Origin: Bdellovibrionota bacterium
GTDB lineage: Bacteria > Bdellovibrionota_C > UBA2361 > OMII01
Length of the DNA stretch: 64,000 nucleotides
Direction of reading: 5' to 3'
NCBI GenBank assembly: GCA_044345405.1
Contig: JBIJBE010000008.1
Span: 36,519-100,518, forward strand
Made by a program: the position numbers and the translations under genes. Numbering within the stretch: position 1 is the first letter of the stretch; each line of letters begins with the position of its first letter. Shown one piece after another: positions 29,537-39,372 of the stretch. A model generated the notes under the pieces. The model searched no databases. It worked only from the letters and a program-made list of their open reading frames with translations, and was not told the origin of the DNA.

Positions 29537-30919
29537 ATGAAAGGCGTTCGGTCGGTACGGTATCTCGCGGTAACTCTCCTTGTAGTAGGGGTTACGCTGG
29601 GGCTGGCCCTCTGCGAATTCGTGTCCTTGGTGGGAGCACAAGACGCTCTGGTCGCTCAGGGGGAGGAGCCTTCCGGTGTCATACGAAGCCCTGAGGAGTT
29701 CTCGGGGGGCACTGTTAGTTTCTGTAGTTATGATGGTCAAAGAATCGCGGTTGGTCAGGCATGCGGTTCGCCCAGAGACGTCTCAGAGTGCTCCTACGCT
29801 CAGGAGATCTGCGCGGTCGTGGGAGTGGAGGCGGTCTGTGTCGAGAGCCGACGCGATCATCGGGCCGGTAAGGCATGCTCCAACCTTTCAAATGGCTCAT
29901 TGAGAACCAGCGCATGCTCTCCTCCTCCTCGCTGTGATGGTAGCGGCCGTTGCGTACAAGATTCCGATCTTAATTGCTCGCTTCGAGACACTGAATGCAT
30001 TACGTACCAATGCGACCCTGCTATGCCTGGATTGGGCTGCAAAGCAACGGACAAGCCCGCGGTAGACTGTGTCGTTAGTGACTGGCGTTACACCAACAAT
30101 CCTATCGTCTGTGGCAAGGAGTTTGTGGCGGAGCGTACCGTTGTGGTCTCTCCGGCGTGTAAAGGAAAACTGTGCCCAGTTCTCAGGGAAACGGGGATCT
30201 TTATGTGCACCCCGACACCGACAGCTACCCCAACCCCTCGGCCAACAAATACGCCAACACGGCCCCCCACTCTTACGCCAACGGCAACGCCGACAGTCAC
30301 TCAAACAGCAACCGCAACTCGAACTCCAACGAGTACCCCTACCGCGACGCCCACTCCTCCGCCAGATGGCAGTGACGGCCAGCCGCCTTGCGTGGTTACA
30401 GGCTGTCCCGCTGGCGAGAGCTTCAATACGCAATCGTGCAAATGTGAGCCTTTGTGCGGTAACGGTCGACTCGATCCCGGCGAAGAGTGTGATGCCTCCG
30501 CCGGAGTTAAAGGAAACTGCCAAGGGTACGGATGTGTGAATTGTAAGATTGATCTCTCCGCGCGGTGTGAAAGTCTATTCACCTCAGAGTGCACGGAGGA
30601 CGGAAGCAAATTAACCATCACCTGGGGGCCTAATATTATTTTCGAACATGGAGACAAGATGTACAGGTGTCATAGCGATCCGACATGTTGTCCACCGACA
30701 TCGCCGCCTGGAAATACGACCTCCCTCCCGGGACCTTGTAAGGAAGCCCCTAACGCTACCTTCGCCAACAAGCATGACATCGGCTCCGCGTGTCCGCATA
30801 GCGCGCTCGTGCAGCCCCCTGAGTACACCGTAAGTTGTAGCTGCGCGGTGACGGATACGAAGCGGAAGTGCCTCGATGCAAAGAATGGGGTGGTTGAGAT
30901 ATGGGATGAGGTCCAGTAA
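29537..30919 (+). CDS. secreted Cys-rich protein with Pro/Thr linker and myxococcal-type Cys-rich repeat
   Basis: Signal peptide, very Cys-rich, DCVVSDW segment, TPTPTATPT repeats, CGNGRLDPGEECD. Confidence 0.8.
   Translation: MKGVRSVRYLAVTLLVVGVTLGLALCEFVSLVGAQDALVAQGEEPSGVIRSPEEFSGGTVSFCSYDGQRIAVGQACGSPRDVSECSYAQEICAVVGVEAVCVESRRDHRAGKACSNLSNGSLRTSACSPPPRCDGSGRCVQDSDLNCSLRDTECITYQCDPAMPGLGCKATDKPAVDCVVSDWRYTNNPIVCGKEFVAERTVVVSPACKGKLCPVLRETGIFMCTPTPTATPTPRPTNTPTRPPTLTPTATPTVTQTATATRTPTSTPTATPTPPPDGSDGQPPCVVTGCPAGESFNTQSCKCEPLCGNGRLDPGEECDASAGVKGNCQGYGCVNCKIDLSARCESLFTSECTEDGSKLTITWGPNIIFEHGDKMYRCHSDPTCCPPTSPPGNTTSLPGPCKEAPNATFANKHDIGSACPHSALVQPPEYTVSCSCAVTDTKRKCLDAKNGVVEIWDEVQ
30208..30365 (+). 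repeat. coding Pro/Thr low-complexity repeat
   Basis: About 50 codons of TPTATPT. Confidence 0.85.
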
Positions 30920-30993
30920 TAAATAAAGACGCCAAAGCAAATCCGCCCAGGTTCGCGGACGATTAGCTCTTCATTGCTTACGGATTCCCGTCC

Positions 30994-31560
30994 TTAGTTC
31001 TTGGAAAGTTCAAGCCCTGAGAGGTTAGACCGAATTCCCAACGCTCGTGCGTTGCGCGGGTCGCTCAGGTTGAAATTCGATACCTCGCTGGAGGTCATGA
31101 TTATGGACAAGACCTGAAGAGCGCTCGGCGCGAGTGAGCCGTCGCCACTGATTGCCGTATCCCGAACAGCGACGGGATTTTCTTGATCTCGATATCCTCT
31201 GCGTATTCGCTCTTCGAGCGCCCAAAGATTGCCGTGAACGGTTCGAGCCCAAGCGCGTACGTGAGAAGGAACTGAGTCGTTTTGTGGCGACGGCACTCGC
31301 TGAGTTCGATTTTTGAACTCGGGGAATTTTTGCTCCAAGGCGACTCGAGCGCTCGCGGCCGCTTGTTGCACTGCCATGAGCTGGCGGGTCGCGACGATAG
31401 GAAGTTTGTTACGGGATCCCTCTTTGAGTCGCTCCACTAACGGGTCGATAGAGGGAGCGATGGCTCGGAGGGTATCGATCATCGTGACGTCCACGTCGCT
31501 GGACGGCTGCGCTACTCGAGGAGCGGGGCGGGGAACAGAGTTTTGAACAGCGGAACTCAT
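30994..31560 (-). CDS. hypothetical protein
   Basis: 188-aa ORF filling the gap, ATG start, no recognised motif. Confidence 0.6.
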   Translation of the reverse strand: MSSAVQNSVPRPAPRVAQPSSDVDVTMIDTLRAIAPSIDPLVERLKEGSRNKLPIVATRQLMAVQQAAASARVALEQKFPEFKNRTQRVPSPQNDSVPSHVRAWARTVHGNLWALEERIRRGYRDQENPVAVRDTAISGDGSLAPSALQVLSIIMTSSEVSNFNLSDPRNARALGIRSNLSGLELSKN

Positions 31561-31916
31561 AACTACTGGTACATTCTCAAAGGAGACCGTTCAGTCTAGC
31601 GAAGCGAGCCGTGAAAAAACAAGGGTTGTAGAACGATTTTTGTCGTCTTTACGTCCCATTGATACAACAATCAGTTGGATACCTTACTTGCACATTCTTG
31701 CCCTCTAGCCGAGCCTAATCAAATTAATCTGACTTCTCGTCTGTTTATTGAGCGGTGAAGGCTGTAAGTAATTGAAAATATGAGGGTAGTTCCCGTGCCG
31801 TGACCTGGGAAAGAGATTTGGATTGTGAGTCTTGGTGTGCGATCCGCTCAATGGATCTATGGTCGCCCAGTGGTGTAGACTCAGAGGATCTCCGCAACAG
31901 CTAAGGACTTTGTAAC

Positions 31917-32999
31917 TTGTCGAAATCACGATTAAAAAAAACTCAGATACGACAGAAGACCGATTCGAGCGCTGAAGAGCCCGTTGAGGTTCTTGAGGCT
32001 GAGGTTTTACCTGTCGAGTCCGGAGAGCCTGACGAGGGCGGCGAAGAGATCCCTGAGGTTATCGATCTCTCCGAGGACGGTGCCACCGGTGGTGATGAGT
32101 CCGCCGCTAGCGACGATGAGCGAGCGAACTCCCTCGTCCCGTACAGCGCGCTCGATGCCTATTTGGCGGAAATTCGCCGATTCAGTCCCCTTTCACGCGA
32201 GGAGGAGCACGCGGTCGCGCTTGAGTATCAGAAGACCAACAGCCCGGAGGCCGCCAAGAAGTTGGTGTTCGGTTCCTTGTGGCTTGTGGTTAAGATCGCC
32301 CGTGATTACGAGAAGGTCGCGCGAAACGTGCTCGATCTTATTCAAGAGGGAAATATCGGGCTCATGGAGGCGGTTCAAAACTTCGATCCCTATCGTGGGG
32401 TGCGCTTTCCCTCGTACGCGGTGTGGTGGATTCGGGCCTATATTATCCGCTATATCATCGCAAATTGGCGTTTGGTGAAGATCGGCACCACGCAGGCCCA
32501 GCGGAAGCTTTTCTTCAATTTAAAAAAGGAGAGCGAGCGGTTAGAGCGTGAGGGGATCTATCCCTCCACAAAGCTCTTAGCTGACCGACTGAACGTCCGG
32601 GAGGGTGATGTGATCGAGATGTCGCAACGTCTCGGCGGTCCCGATATGAGCGTCGACGCTCCCCTTCAAGAGGAGTCTGAGGCGAGCCTCCTCTCCCTCC
32701 TTCCAAGTGGTGAGGAATCGGCCGAGGAGGTTCTCGCGAAGAGGGAGTTGCATCAGGCGCTCCGGGGAGCCATTACGGCGTTCAAAGAGACCCTTAACCC
32801 TAAGGAGGGGCGGATCTTTCAGGGAAGGGTGCTCGATGAGGATCGTTTGACCCTTCAAGACCTCTCCGATGAGCTTTCGATCAGCAAGGAGCGGGTCCGT
32901 CAGATTGAGAATCGACTCCGTGACAAGCTCAAGGACTTCGTCTCTAGCCGACTCGGATCTGAGCTAAAAGAGTGGGTAAGCCCCGAGGAAGTCGATTAA
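31917..32999 (+). CDS. rpoH: RNA polymerase sigma-32 factor
   Basis: DLIQEGNIGLM, YAVWWIRA, RpoH box QRKLFFNL, ISKERVRQIE; acidic N-terminal extension; TTG start. Confidence 0.92.
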   Translation: MSKSRLKKTQIRQKTDSSAEEPVEVLEAEVLPVESGEPDEGGEEIPEVIDLSEDGATGGDESAASDDERANSLVPYSALDAYLAEIRRFSPLSREEEHAVALEYQKTNSPEAAKKLVFGSLWLVVKIARDYEKVARNVLDLIQEGNIGLMEAVQNFDPYRGVRFPSYAVWWIRAYIIRYIIANWRLVKIGTTQAQRKLFFNLKKESERLEREGIYPSTKLLADRLNVREGDVIEMSQRLGGPDMSVDAPLQEESEASLLSLLPSGEESAEEVLAKRELHQALRGAITAFKETLNPKEGRIFQGRVLDEDRLTLQDLSDELSISKERVRQIENRLRDKLKDFVSSRLGSELKEWVSPEEVD

Positions 33000-33114
33000 A
33001 AGGCACAAAGCCTAAGGGGGCGCCCCTCATAGCCCCTGATTTGACCCGGTTCCATGGCTAAACCGAGATCCCTGGTATATGATTCCTGACGGCGAAGTTT
33101 GAGTTTAGATTCGT

Positions 33115-33555
33115 ATGGGTAAAGTATTTATCAGCCTCGTTATCGCGTTCATCGTGTGTGGTGGTGCGCTCGTGTATCAAGCTACGCGAGGTACGAGCTC
33201 CCTTGTACTCTCCCCCTCAGAAGTTCTCTCAAAGGGTACCTCGCGCGATCTCAAGCGAATCAGAGTGGGTGGCCGGGTGGTGGACCCGATCAACTATCAA
33301 ACGGAACCCAACATGGTGCTCTCCTTCAGCGTTAAAAACCCAGCGGGAGGAGAGGGGACGGTGCCCGTTGTCTATCGTGGATTGAAGCCCGATATGTTCG
33401 CGGCTGGTCGTGATGTCTTGATTGACGGTGATTACATTGGTGGGACCATTCAGGCCGCGAAGCTTCAGACGCAGTGTCCTTCAAAGTATGAGCCAGCTGT
33501 TCCAGGTGCCGCTTCCGCTGAGGGAGCTCAACCTGCTCAGATGATGAGTCAGTAG
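33115..33555 (+). CDS. ccmE: heme chaperone CcmE (CxxxY type)
   Basis: IRVGGRV, YRGLKPDMF, QCPSKY. Confidence 0.92.
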   Translation: MGKVFISLVIAFIVCGGALVYQATRGTSSLVLSPSEVLSKGTSRDLKRIRVGGRVVDPINYQTEPNMVLSFSVKNPAGGEGTVPVVYRGLKPDMFAAGRDVLIDGDYIGGTIQAAKLQTQCPSKYEPAVPGAASAEGAQPAQMMSQ

Positions 33556-33584
33556 TGTCCGTTCGCGTTTAGTAAGGAGTTCGC

Positions 33585-35594
33585 GTGATCGAATTTGGTC
33601 AATTCGCCTTGTGCATAGCGTGGTTGCTCTCAGTCGCCGTTGTTGTCGGCGGAGCTTTTGTTGGTTCCGGCGCCCGAGCGCTCCCGTCTCGCCTTGAGGC
33701 GCTTCGTCGGGGAACCATCTTCATCGCGGTGACGCTTGGGCTCTCTCTCGTTGCGCTTGGATACGCCTTCGTAACAAACGACTACACCGTTCAATACGTG
33801 TGGCAGTACTCGAATCGAGACATGCCGTGGATCTATAAGATAACCGCGATCTGGGGCGGCATGGACGGCTCGATGTTGTTGTGGTGCTTTCTTGTGGCGG
33901 CCTTTTCGGCGAGTGTCGCGCTTCGCTCCGTGGTGTATCCACGCGGACTTGTAGCGTGGCTCTTTAGCTTCTCAAGCTCCTCCACACTCTTTTTCACTTC
34001 GATAACGCTCTTCCTAACCAATCCGTTTCGGTATCTCAAATCTCCCGTGGCGATGCCTGACGGAAATGGGCTCAACCCGCTTCTTCAAAATGAGTACATG
34101 GCGATTCATCCTCCGATGCTCTATCTCGGGTTCACGGGGCTCGCCGTTCCATACGCGTTCTGTATGGCCGCGCTCGCGTCGGGACATATGTCGAATGAGT
34201 GGATCCGTCTGACCCGTCGTTGGACCTTGATCGGATGGACCTTCCTCACAGCCGGCATCGTGCTCGGTGGACACTGGGCCTACCTTGAGCTTGGATGGGG
34301 AGGGTTCTGGGCGTGGGATCCTGTCGAAAACGCATCGTTCCTTCCATGGCTCACTGCGACCGCGTTCCTCCATTCCGTGATGGTGCAGGAGCGAAAGGGG
34401 ATGTTGAAGATCTGGAACGTGTTCCTGATCGTTCTCACCTACGCGTTGACCGTGTTCGGAACCTTCCTCACTCGCTCGGGTATCGTCCAGAGCGTGCACG
34501 CCTTTGCCTCGACCGATATCGGGTGGACCTTCCTCCTCTATCTCGCGACGATCATACTTGTCGCGATTGGGCTGTCTATCTATCGCCGCGCTGAGCTGAA
34601 ACCGGAGCGAGCGATTGAGAGCTTCTTCTCCCGTGAGGCTGTCTTCCTTCTTAACAACCTGGTGCTCCTGAGTATCTGCTTCGCTGTGTTGTGGGGTGTG
34701 ATGTTCCCAGTGTTCTCCGAAGCTGTTACGGGGGTGAAGCAAACGGTGGGAATCCCATTTTTCAATGCCGTGAACGTTCCGCTCTTCTTGGCTCTTGTCT
34801 TCCTCATGGCCGTTGGGCCATCCATCGCGTGGAAGCGCTCGTCGGTGCCGCAACTCGCCCGTTTATTCGTTGTTCCGTTCATTTCAGCTTTCGTGGTCGC
34901 CGTTGCGCTCGTCTTCGCCGGTATCGTTGAGTTTTATCCGGTGTTGGCGTACGCGCTTTGCTTCTTCGGGCTCATGACGATCCTTGGCGAGGTACAGCGT
35001 GGGCTTGCCGCGCAGAAGAGCATCACGCACGCGAGCACCTGGTCGCCCTCGAATGTAACGACACTGTGGCGTCGACAACGCATTAAGTACGGGGCGCACG
35101 TAATTCATTTCGGTGTTCTTCTCATGACGGTCGCCATCACGGCTTCCATGGCGCACAAGATCGAGCGGGAGTTTACCCTCGCTCCAGGGGAGCGTTTCAA
35201 TGTTGGGCGATTCTCTCTGGAGCTCAACGAATTTCACGATGAGCGTCAGGCGAACTACGACGCTATTCAGGCGCATGTTACGCTGCGCGCGCTAACCGAT
35301 GAGAAGCCGCTCGATGTCCTTGTCCCCGAGCTTCGTTTCTACCGTAAGAACAAAGAGACAACGACTGAGGTCGCTCTCAGAATGGGACAACGTGAGGATG
35401 TCTACCTAGTTCTCGCCGGTGTCGACGAGACGGGGGCGAAGGCTTCCATGAAGATATTTATCAATCCGTTTCAAGTATGGCTCTGGTATGGGGCTGTCAT
35501 AATGATTCTCGGCGGTGTAATCGTTGCGATACCAGCTCCCCGTGGAGCGCAGGTTCGTGAGTCTCAATCTACGAAGGTCGCGCAGTCTGTATGA
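33585..35594 (+). CDS. ccmF: cytochrome c heme lyase CcmF
   Basis: GLNPLLQ, IHPP, WAYLELGWGGFWAWDPVENASFLPWL, SVHAFA. Confidence 0.97.
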   Translation: MIEFGQFALCIAWLLSVAVVVGGAFVGSGARALPSRLEALRRGTIFIAVTLGLSLVALGYAFVTNDYTVQYVWQYSNRDMPWIYKITAIWGGMDGSMLLWCFLVAAFSASVALRSVVYPRGLVAWLFSFSSSSTLFFTSITLFLTNPFRYLKSPVAMPDGNGLNPLLQNEYMAIHPPMLYLGFTGLAVPYAFCMAALASGHMSNEWIRLTRRWTLIGWTFLTAGIVLGGHWAYLELGWGGFWAWDPVENASFLPWLTATAFLHSVMVQERKGMLKIWNVFLIVLTYALTVFGTFLTRSGIVQSVHAFASTDIGWTFLLYLATIILVAIGLSIYRRAELKPERAIESFFSREAVFLLNNLVLLSICFAVLWGVMFPVFSEAVTGVKQTVGIPFFNAVNVPLFLALVFLMAVGPSIAWKRSSVPQLARLFVVPFISAFVVAVALVFAGIVEFYPVLAYALCFFGLMTILGEVQRGLAAQKSITHASTWSPSNVTTLWRRQRIKYGAHVIHFGVLLMTVAITASMAHKIEREFTLAPGERFNVGRFSLELNEFHDERQANYDAIQAHVTLRALTDEKPLDVLVPELRFYRKNKETTTEVALRMGQREDVYLVLAGVDETGAKASMKIFINPFQVWLWYGAVIMILGGVIVAIPAPRGAQVRESQSTKVAQSV

Positions 35595-35881
35595 GTATCG
35601 GCATCATCGCATCTCTCATCCTCTCTCTTGTGGTCGTGTGGTTCGTCCTTAGCCCACTTTTTGAGACGACCGTTCCAAACTACGGCGCGGCGGTTCAGCC
35701 TGGAGCGCTTGGGCCCCTGCTCGACGCTAAAGAGCGAGCTCTCCGTTCATTGAAGGATCTTGAGCTGGACCTTTCGATGGGAAAGCTTTCCCAGGATGAT
35801 TTTGAGCAATCGAAGCGGATGCTCACGAGTGAGGTCGCCGTAATCCTCGCTGAGATTCGAAAGCATGGAGGCGAGGCGTAG
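35591..35881 (+). CDS. small CcmI-N-terminal-like membrane protein
   Basis: TM plus LKDLELDLSMGKLSQDDF; overlaps ccmF. Confidence 0.65.
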   Translation: MSIGIIASLILSLVVVWFVLSPLFETTVPNYGAAVQPGALGPLLDAKERALRSLKDLELDLSMGKLSQDDFEQSKRMLTSEVAVILAEIRKHGGEA

Positions 35882-36548
35882 GGTGCTTGAGGTAAAGGAC
35901 GTTACGAAGACGTTCGGCGCAGTCTCGGTCCTCAAGCGACTCTCTCTCTCATGTGGTCCCGGTGACGTAGCTCTCCTCGTTGGCGCCAACGGCGCTGGTA
36001 AATCAACCCTTCTTCGCATTATAGCGGGTCTCTCTCGACCTGATTCTGGTTCGGTGGTCCGGTCAACTGACCGAATCGGATTTCTCTCCCACCATCTCTT
36101 TCTGTACGGAAAGCTCTCGGTGCGCGAGAACGTCCAGCTCTTCGGGTCGGTGCGGGGCCTGCCGCGCTCTGAAGAGTTGATTGAGCGTCTTGAGCTCTCG
36201 AAGGTAGTAGAACGTCCCCTCTGTGAGCTCTCCAAGGGGATGCAGGCTCGCGTTGGTATCGCTCGCGCCTTTCTCGGGCATCCGGAGCTCGTGCTCTTGG
36301 ATGAACCAACCAGTAACCTCGATGAGAGAGGCACCGCGCTTCTTCTTGCTGAGATTCAACGCCGACAGTTCGAAACTGACGGACGATGCGTGACCCTGAT
36401 TGCGACGCATGACCTTCACCGTATGGCGTCGATCGCCACCAGGGTGGTTGTGCTCGCTGATGGAAAGTTGTTCGCGGATTCCGGTTCAGGAGCTTCGGCT
36501 GAGAGTATCGCGCAGGTACTCGACCGATATCGGGAGGTGAACCGATGA
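35865..36548 (+). CDS. ccmA: heme exporter ATP-binding protein CcmA
   Basis: GANGAGKST, LSKGM, LLDEP; lies in the ccm operon; start may be GTG 35883. Confidence 0.88.
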   Translation: MEARRRVLEVKDVTKTFGAVSVLKRLSLSCGPGDVALLVGANGAGKSTLLRIIAGLSRPDSGSVVRSTDRIGFLSHHLFLYGKLSVRENVQLFGSVRGLPRSEELIERLELSKVVERPLCELSKGMQARVGIARAFLGHPELVLLDEPTSNLDERGTALLLAEIQRRQFETDGRCVTLIATHDLHRMASIATRVVVLADGKLFADSGSGASAESIAQVLDRYREVNR

Positions 36549-37234
36549 TTCGATGGGTGGAAATGCTTGGGATCTTAATTCACAAAGAGTGGCGTCTTGA
36601 GTGGCGCAGCAAGGAGCTCTTTACACTGCTTGCGTGTAACGCCGTGCTCTTTTCGGTGTTAGTCGGCGCCGGTGTAAGCTCAGCGGTACTCGATGCCGCT
36701 ACAGCTGAGAAGATATACCCGATGTTGTTATGGGTTGTGTTTATGCTCTCAACAACAACTGCGGTTTCTCGTTTTAACGAGCAGGAGCTTGAGGGTAGGG
36801 GATTTGAGGGATTGCTGCTAAGTGGAGTGTCCGGCGCTCAGATGTACCTCGCGAAGGTGGTCGTTATGACCATTTTCTTCTCTGTTAGCTTTGTATTCTT
36901 GGCGTTCCTGCTTGCGCTCACCCTCGACAACGACGTGAGTGAACTCTTGGGATCGCTATGCTTTGTTGGGATAGGGGCTTCAAGCGCGCTCGCCGCTCTC
37001 TTGGCACTTCTCGCGGCTGTCGCCAGTACCTCAAAACTAAAAGGTATACTTCTTCCGATCATCTCGATTCCCGTTCTCTTCCCCGTGTTTCTCTGTGGCA
37101 TGGAGATGACGACTGAGCTTGTTCTCAACGGCGCTCTCGCGGAGGGATCCCCGTGGCCCCTTGTTCTTTTGTGCGCCGAGACGCTTTACTTGGTGGCCGG
37201 GATCAATCTTTTTGAGATCGCGGTGAGGGAGTAG
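36545..37234 (+). CDS. ccmB: heme exporter permease CcmB
   Basis: KEWRLEWRSKE, E.EGRGFEGLLL, YLAK, LLPIISIP. Confidence 0.88.
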   Translation: MIRWVEMLGILIHKEWRLEWRSKELFTLLACNAVLFSVLVGAGVSSAVLDAATAEKIYPMLLWVVFMLSTTTAVSRFNEQELEGRGFEGLLLSGVSGAQMYLAKVVVMTIFFSVSFVFLAFLLALTLDNDVSELLGSLCFVGIGASSALAALLALLAAVASTSKLKGILLPIISIPVLFPVFLCGMEMTTELVLNGALAEGSPWPLVLLCAETLYLVAGINLFEIAVRE

Positions 37235-37354
37235 TTTCGGCGAAGTAGTGACGCAATCACTAAACCCTCAGTGATAGTCCACTGTAGCCCAGCGGTGTCC
37301 CCACGCGCTAACGCGCACCCTGAGGGCTACGATCTCTTGCGTGGGTATTTAATT

Positions 37355-38278
37355 TTATTTCTCCGCCGCGTTTGGACTCCATGCCCCAAACGCTCGACGC
37401 GGTCTCACTTTGTCCTGCATGTCTGGATATAGTCTTCCAACGACGACGGCGTCGGGGACGTTGTGCGCTAGGAGTTTAAAGTCTTGGCCGTCTGACCAGT
37501 AAAGAAATTGCTCGTCAGGCACCTTGTGAGCTCGAGGATCTTGGGGAAGCTTTTCGATGTAATGCGGGACGAGGCCAGGGATCCAGTCCTCAGTGCTTTT
37601 GCCCCAGGACGAGTAGAGTCCATCCCAGCGCCCTTCCGTGGAGGGATAGTGCCCGTGGTCGTGTTTGAATTTGTTAAGCGCCTCACTGAGCCTCCTTATG
37701 TCGGCAATGCGCTGGCTGGTTTGCGGTTCCACCGTCGTTGAAAGCCAGTCGCGGTATGTAGAGAGTGCCCACAATCCACACAGGATGAGTATCGTAGGAA
37801 TACCCACCCAGAGAGCTGCCTTCTTCACCATTCGGGCGACAAGTTCTGTTTCGCTTGCTTCCGCCCGCCGAATCCTCTTTGAGACGGAGCGCAAGAGCCG
37901 CAAGCTTCTCCACGCGTAATCGGAAAAGTTCCTGCTAGAAGTAGTTGTTTCGCACCGTTCACGGGACATCTGTTCCAGATAGTCCGCGACGTCTGAGATC
38001 TCATTTTTGAATGAGTAATTCGAGTTGCTCACTCGACGAAGCTCCTCGATGGCATTGTGGGGCGAAGAGACCGGCAGAGAGGTATCGTTTGTGATAAGTA
38101 GGGCGAGCTCGCAGAGTGATCGGAGGAGCGGATCCGCGAGATATGCCATCCCTTCGAGCAAATGATCGGTCCTCAAGACCTCGAAGGCGGTATAGAGCTG
38201 TCGCGTGTGTAAGAGGGACGCGTCGATGCGCTCCCATCTGTCACTTTCGGTCGTTTGGGTACTTCTTGATTCGTCCAT
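37355..38278 (-). CDS. membrane protein with C-terminal GspG-like pseudopilin domain
   Basis: Helical N-domain, one TM, then RIADIRRLSEALNKFKHDHGHYP..LVPHYIEKLPQDP..FLYWSDG. Confidence 0.7.
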   Translation of the reverse strand: MDESRSTQTTESDRWERIDASLLHTRQLYTAFEVLRTDHLLEGMAYLADPLLRSLCELALLITNDTSLPVSSPHNAIEELRRVSNSNYSFKNEISDVADYLEQMSRERCETTTSSRNFSDYAWRSLRLLRSVSKRIRRAEASETELVARMVKKAALWVGIPTILILCGLWALSTYRDWLSTTVEPQTSQRIADIRRLSEALNKFKHDHGHYPSTEGRWDGLYSSWGKSTEDWIPGLVPHYIEKLPQDPRAHKVPDEQFLYWSDGQDFKLLAHNVPDAVVVGRLYPDMQDKVRPRRAFGAWSPNAAEK

Positions 38279-38444
38279 GTTATCTGAGAGCATGGGGCGC
38301 AAGCCTCGTATGCTACGGGACAAAGATATTCGTAAGGAATGCTTTAGGAAATACCTCTTGGTGGGGGAGTGTCCCCTCAGAGAGTGGGCACATCAAAGGG
38401 CACCTTGGTAACCCATTATCCGACCCGACGGGCATTGGTATTCT

Positions 38445-39203
38445 TTATTGGTGGCCAAACCGTTTGTCGATGGCTTGATCGTGGTCCGATATCCCTGAAA
38501 GAAGGGGGCGCATAACTTGATTTGCCTCCTCTATCGTTCGTGGCGTGGTGCCATTCTTCTTCCACGAGGTGACGGCGTCCTCGATGCTCCTTACGACTCC
38601 CTCAACGTGGTGAGCTTCGTGGGTGCGGAGATGTCGATAGAAGTCTTGCCATTGAGTCATCTCGTGCTTCCGAGAGATCCTACCTTCATCCGCGGCTGGT
38701 GGCCCCTTCCACTCCGGCATGACGACGAAAGCCGCCCACCGAATCGAGAGTTCAGGCTGTCCATTGGCATGAGGAGACAACGACCATTCTACACGCCACG
38801 AGGTATGTCCCGCTGGCCGACTGTTGAGCCGCAAGCCGGCGCCGTTCTCAGAGAAATGACCGCGTTGACGAGCGCTCTCGATCGCCTCAAACGCGGTAGA
38901 GCCAAAGACCTCAAAGTGAGCGACGGTTACCTGGGGGAGGGCGAGAATCTTGTCCGCGCGTTCGTGTGGGAGAACCAGCGCTGAGCGGGATAGCTCGATG
39001 GTTGGCGACGTGAAGGTGACCGTCGCGGGCTTGCCGTCTTTCCCTTTGAGCACGAGACCCTGAGGGGGAGGCGACGTCGTATCCTCTCGGTTCGCGGCGG
39101 ATGCGGGAGCGGATTTCTCGCAACTCGCTACCAAGAGGCTCAGGCTGAGGCTTAGCGTGGCGAGCGTTGCTCGTGCGTGGTCAGAATGTGGAGGGGGATT
39201 CAT
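38445..39203 (-). CDS. DUF922-like Zn-dependent protease lipoprotein
   Basis: LVASC lipobox, MPEW..W..F..HLRTHEAHH; GGAGG RBS. Confidence 0.7.
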   Translation of the reverse strand: MNPPPHSDHARATLATLSLSLSLLVASCEKSAPASAANREDTTSPPPQGLVLKGKDGKPATVTFTSPTIELSRSALVLPHERADKILALPQVTVAHFEVFGSTAFEAIESARQRGHFSENGAGLRLNSRPAGHTSWRVEWSLSPHANGQPELSIRWAAFVVMPEWKGPPAADEGRISRKHEMTQWQDFYRHLRTHEAHHVEGVVRSIEDAVTSWKKNGTTPRTIEEANQVMRPLLSGISDHDQAIDKRFGHQ

Positions 39204-39372
39204 AGCCTCCCCAGGGTATCGCATGGTAGAGGGCTACTCAAACGTGGTGTCCTAAACTGGCATGTTCTGGTTCGAACAGGAGGCTAGGATTTGGGTTGCT
39301 AAGGGTTTTGACGTGGCTAACCCCCCGCAGTTGTCTCCTGTCGCTAATGGTTGGTATAACCTCGCCACGACT

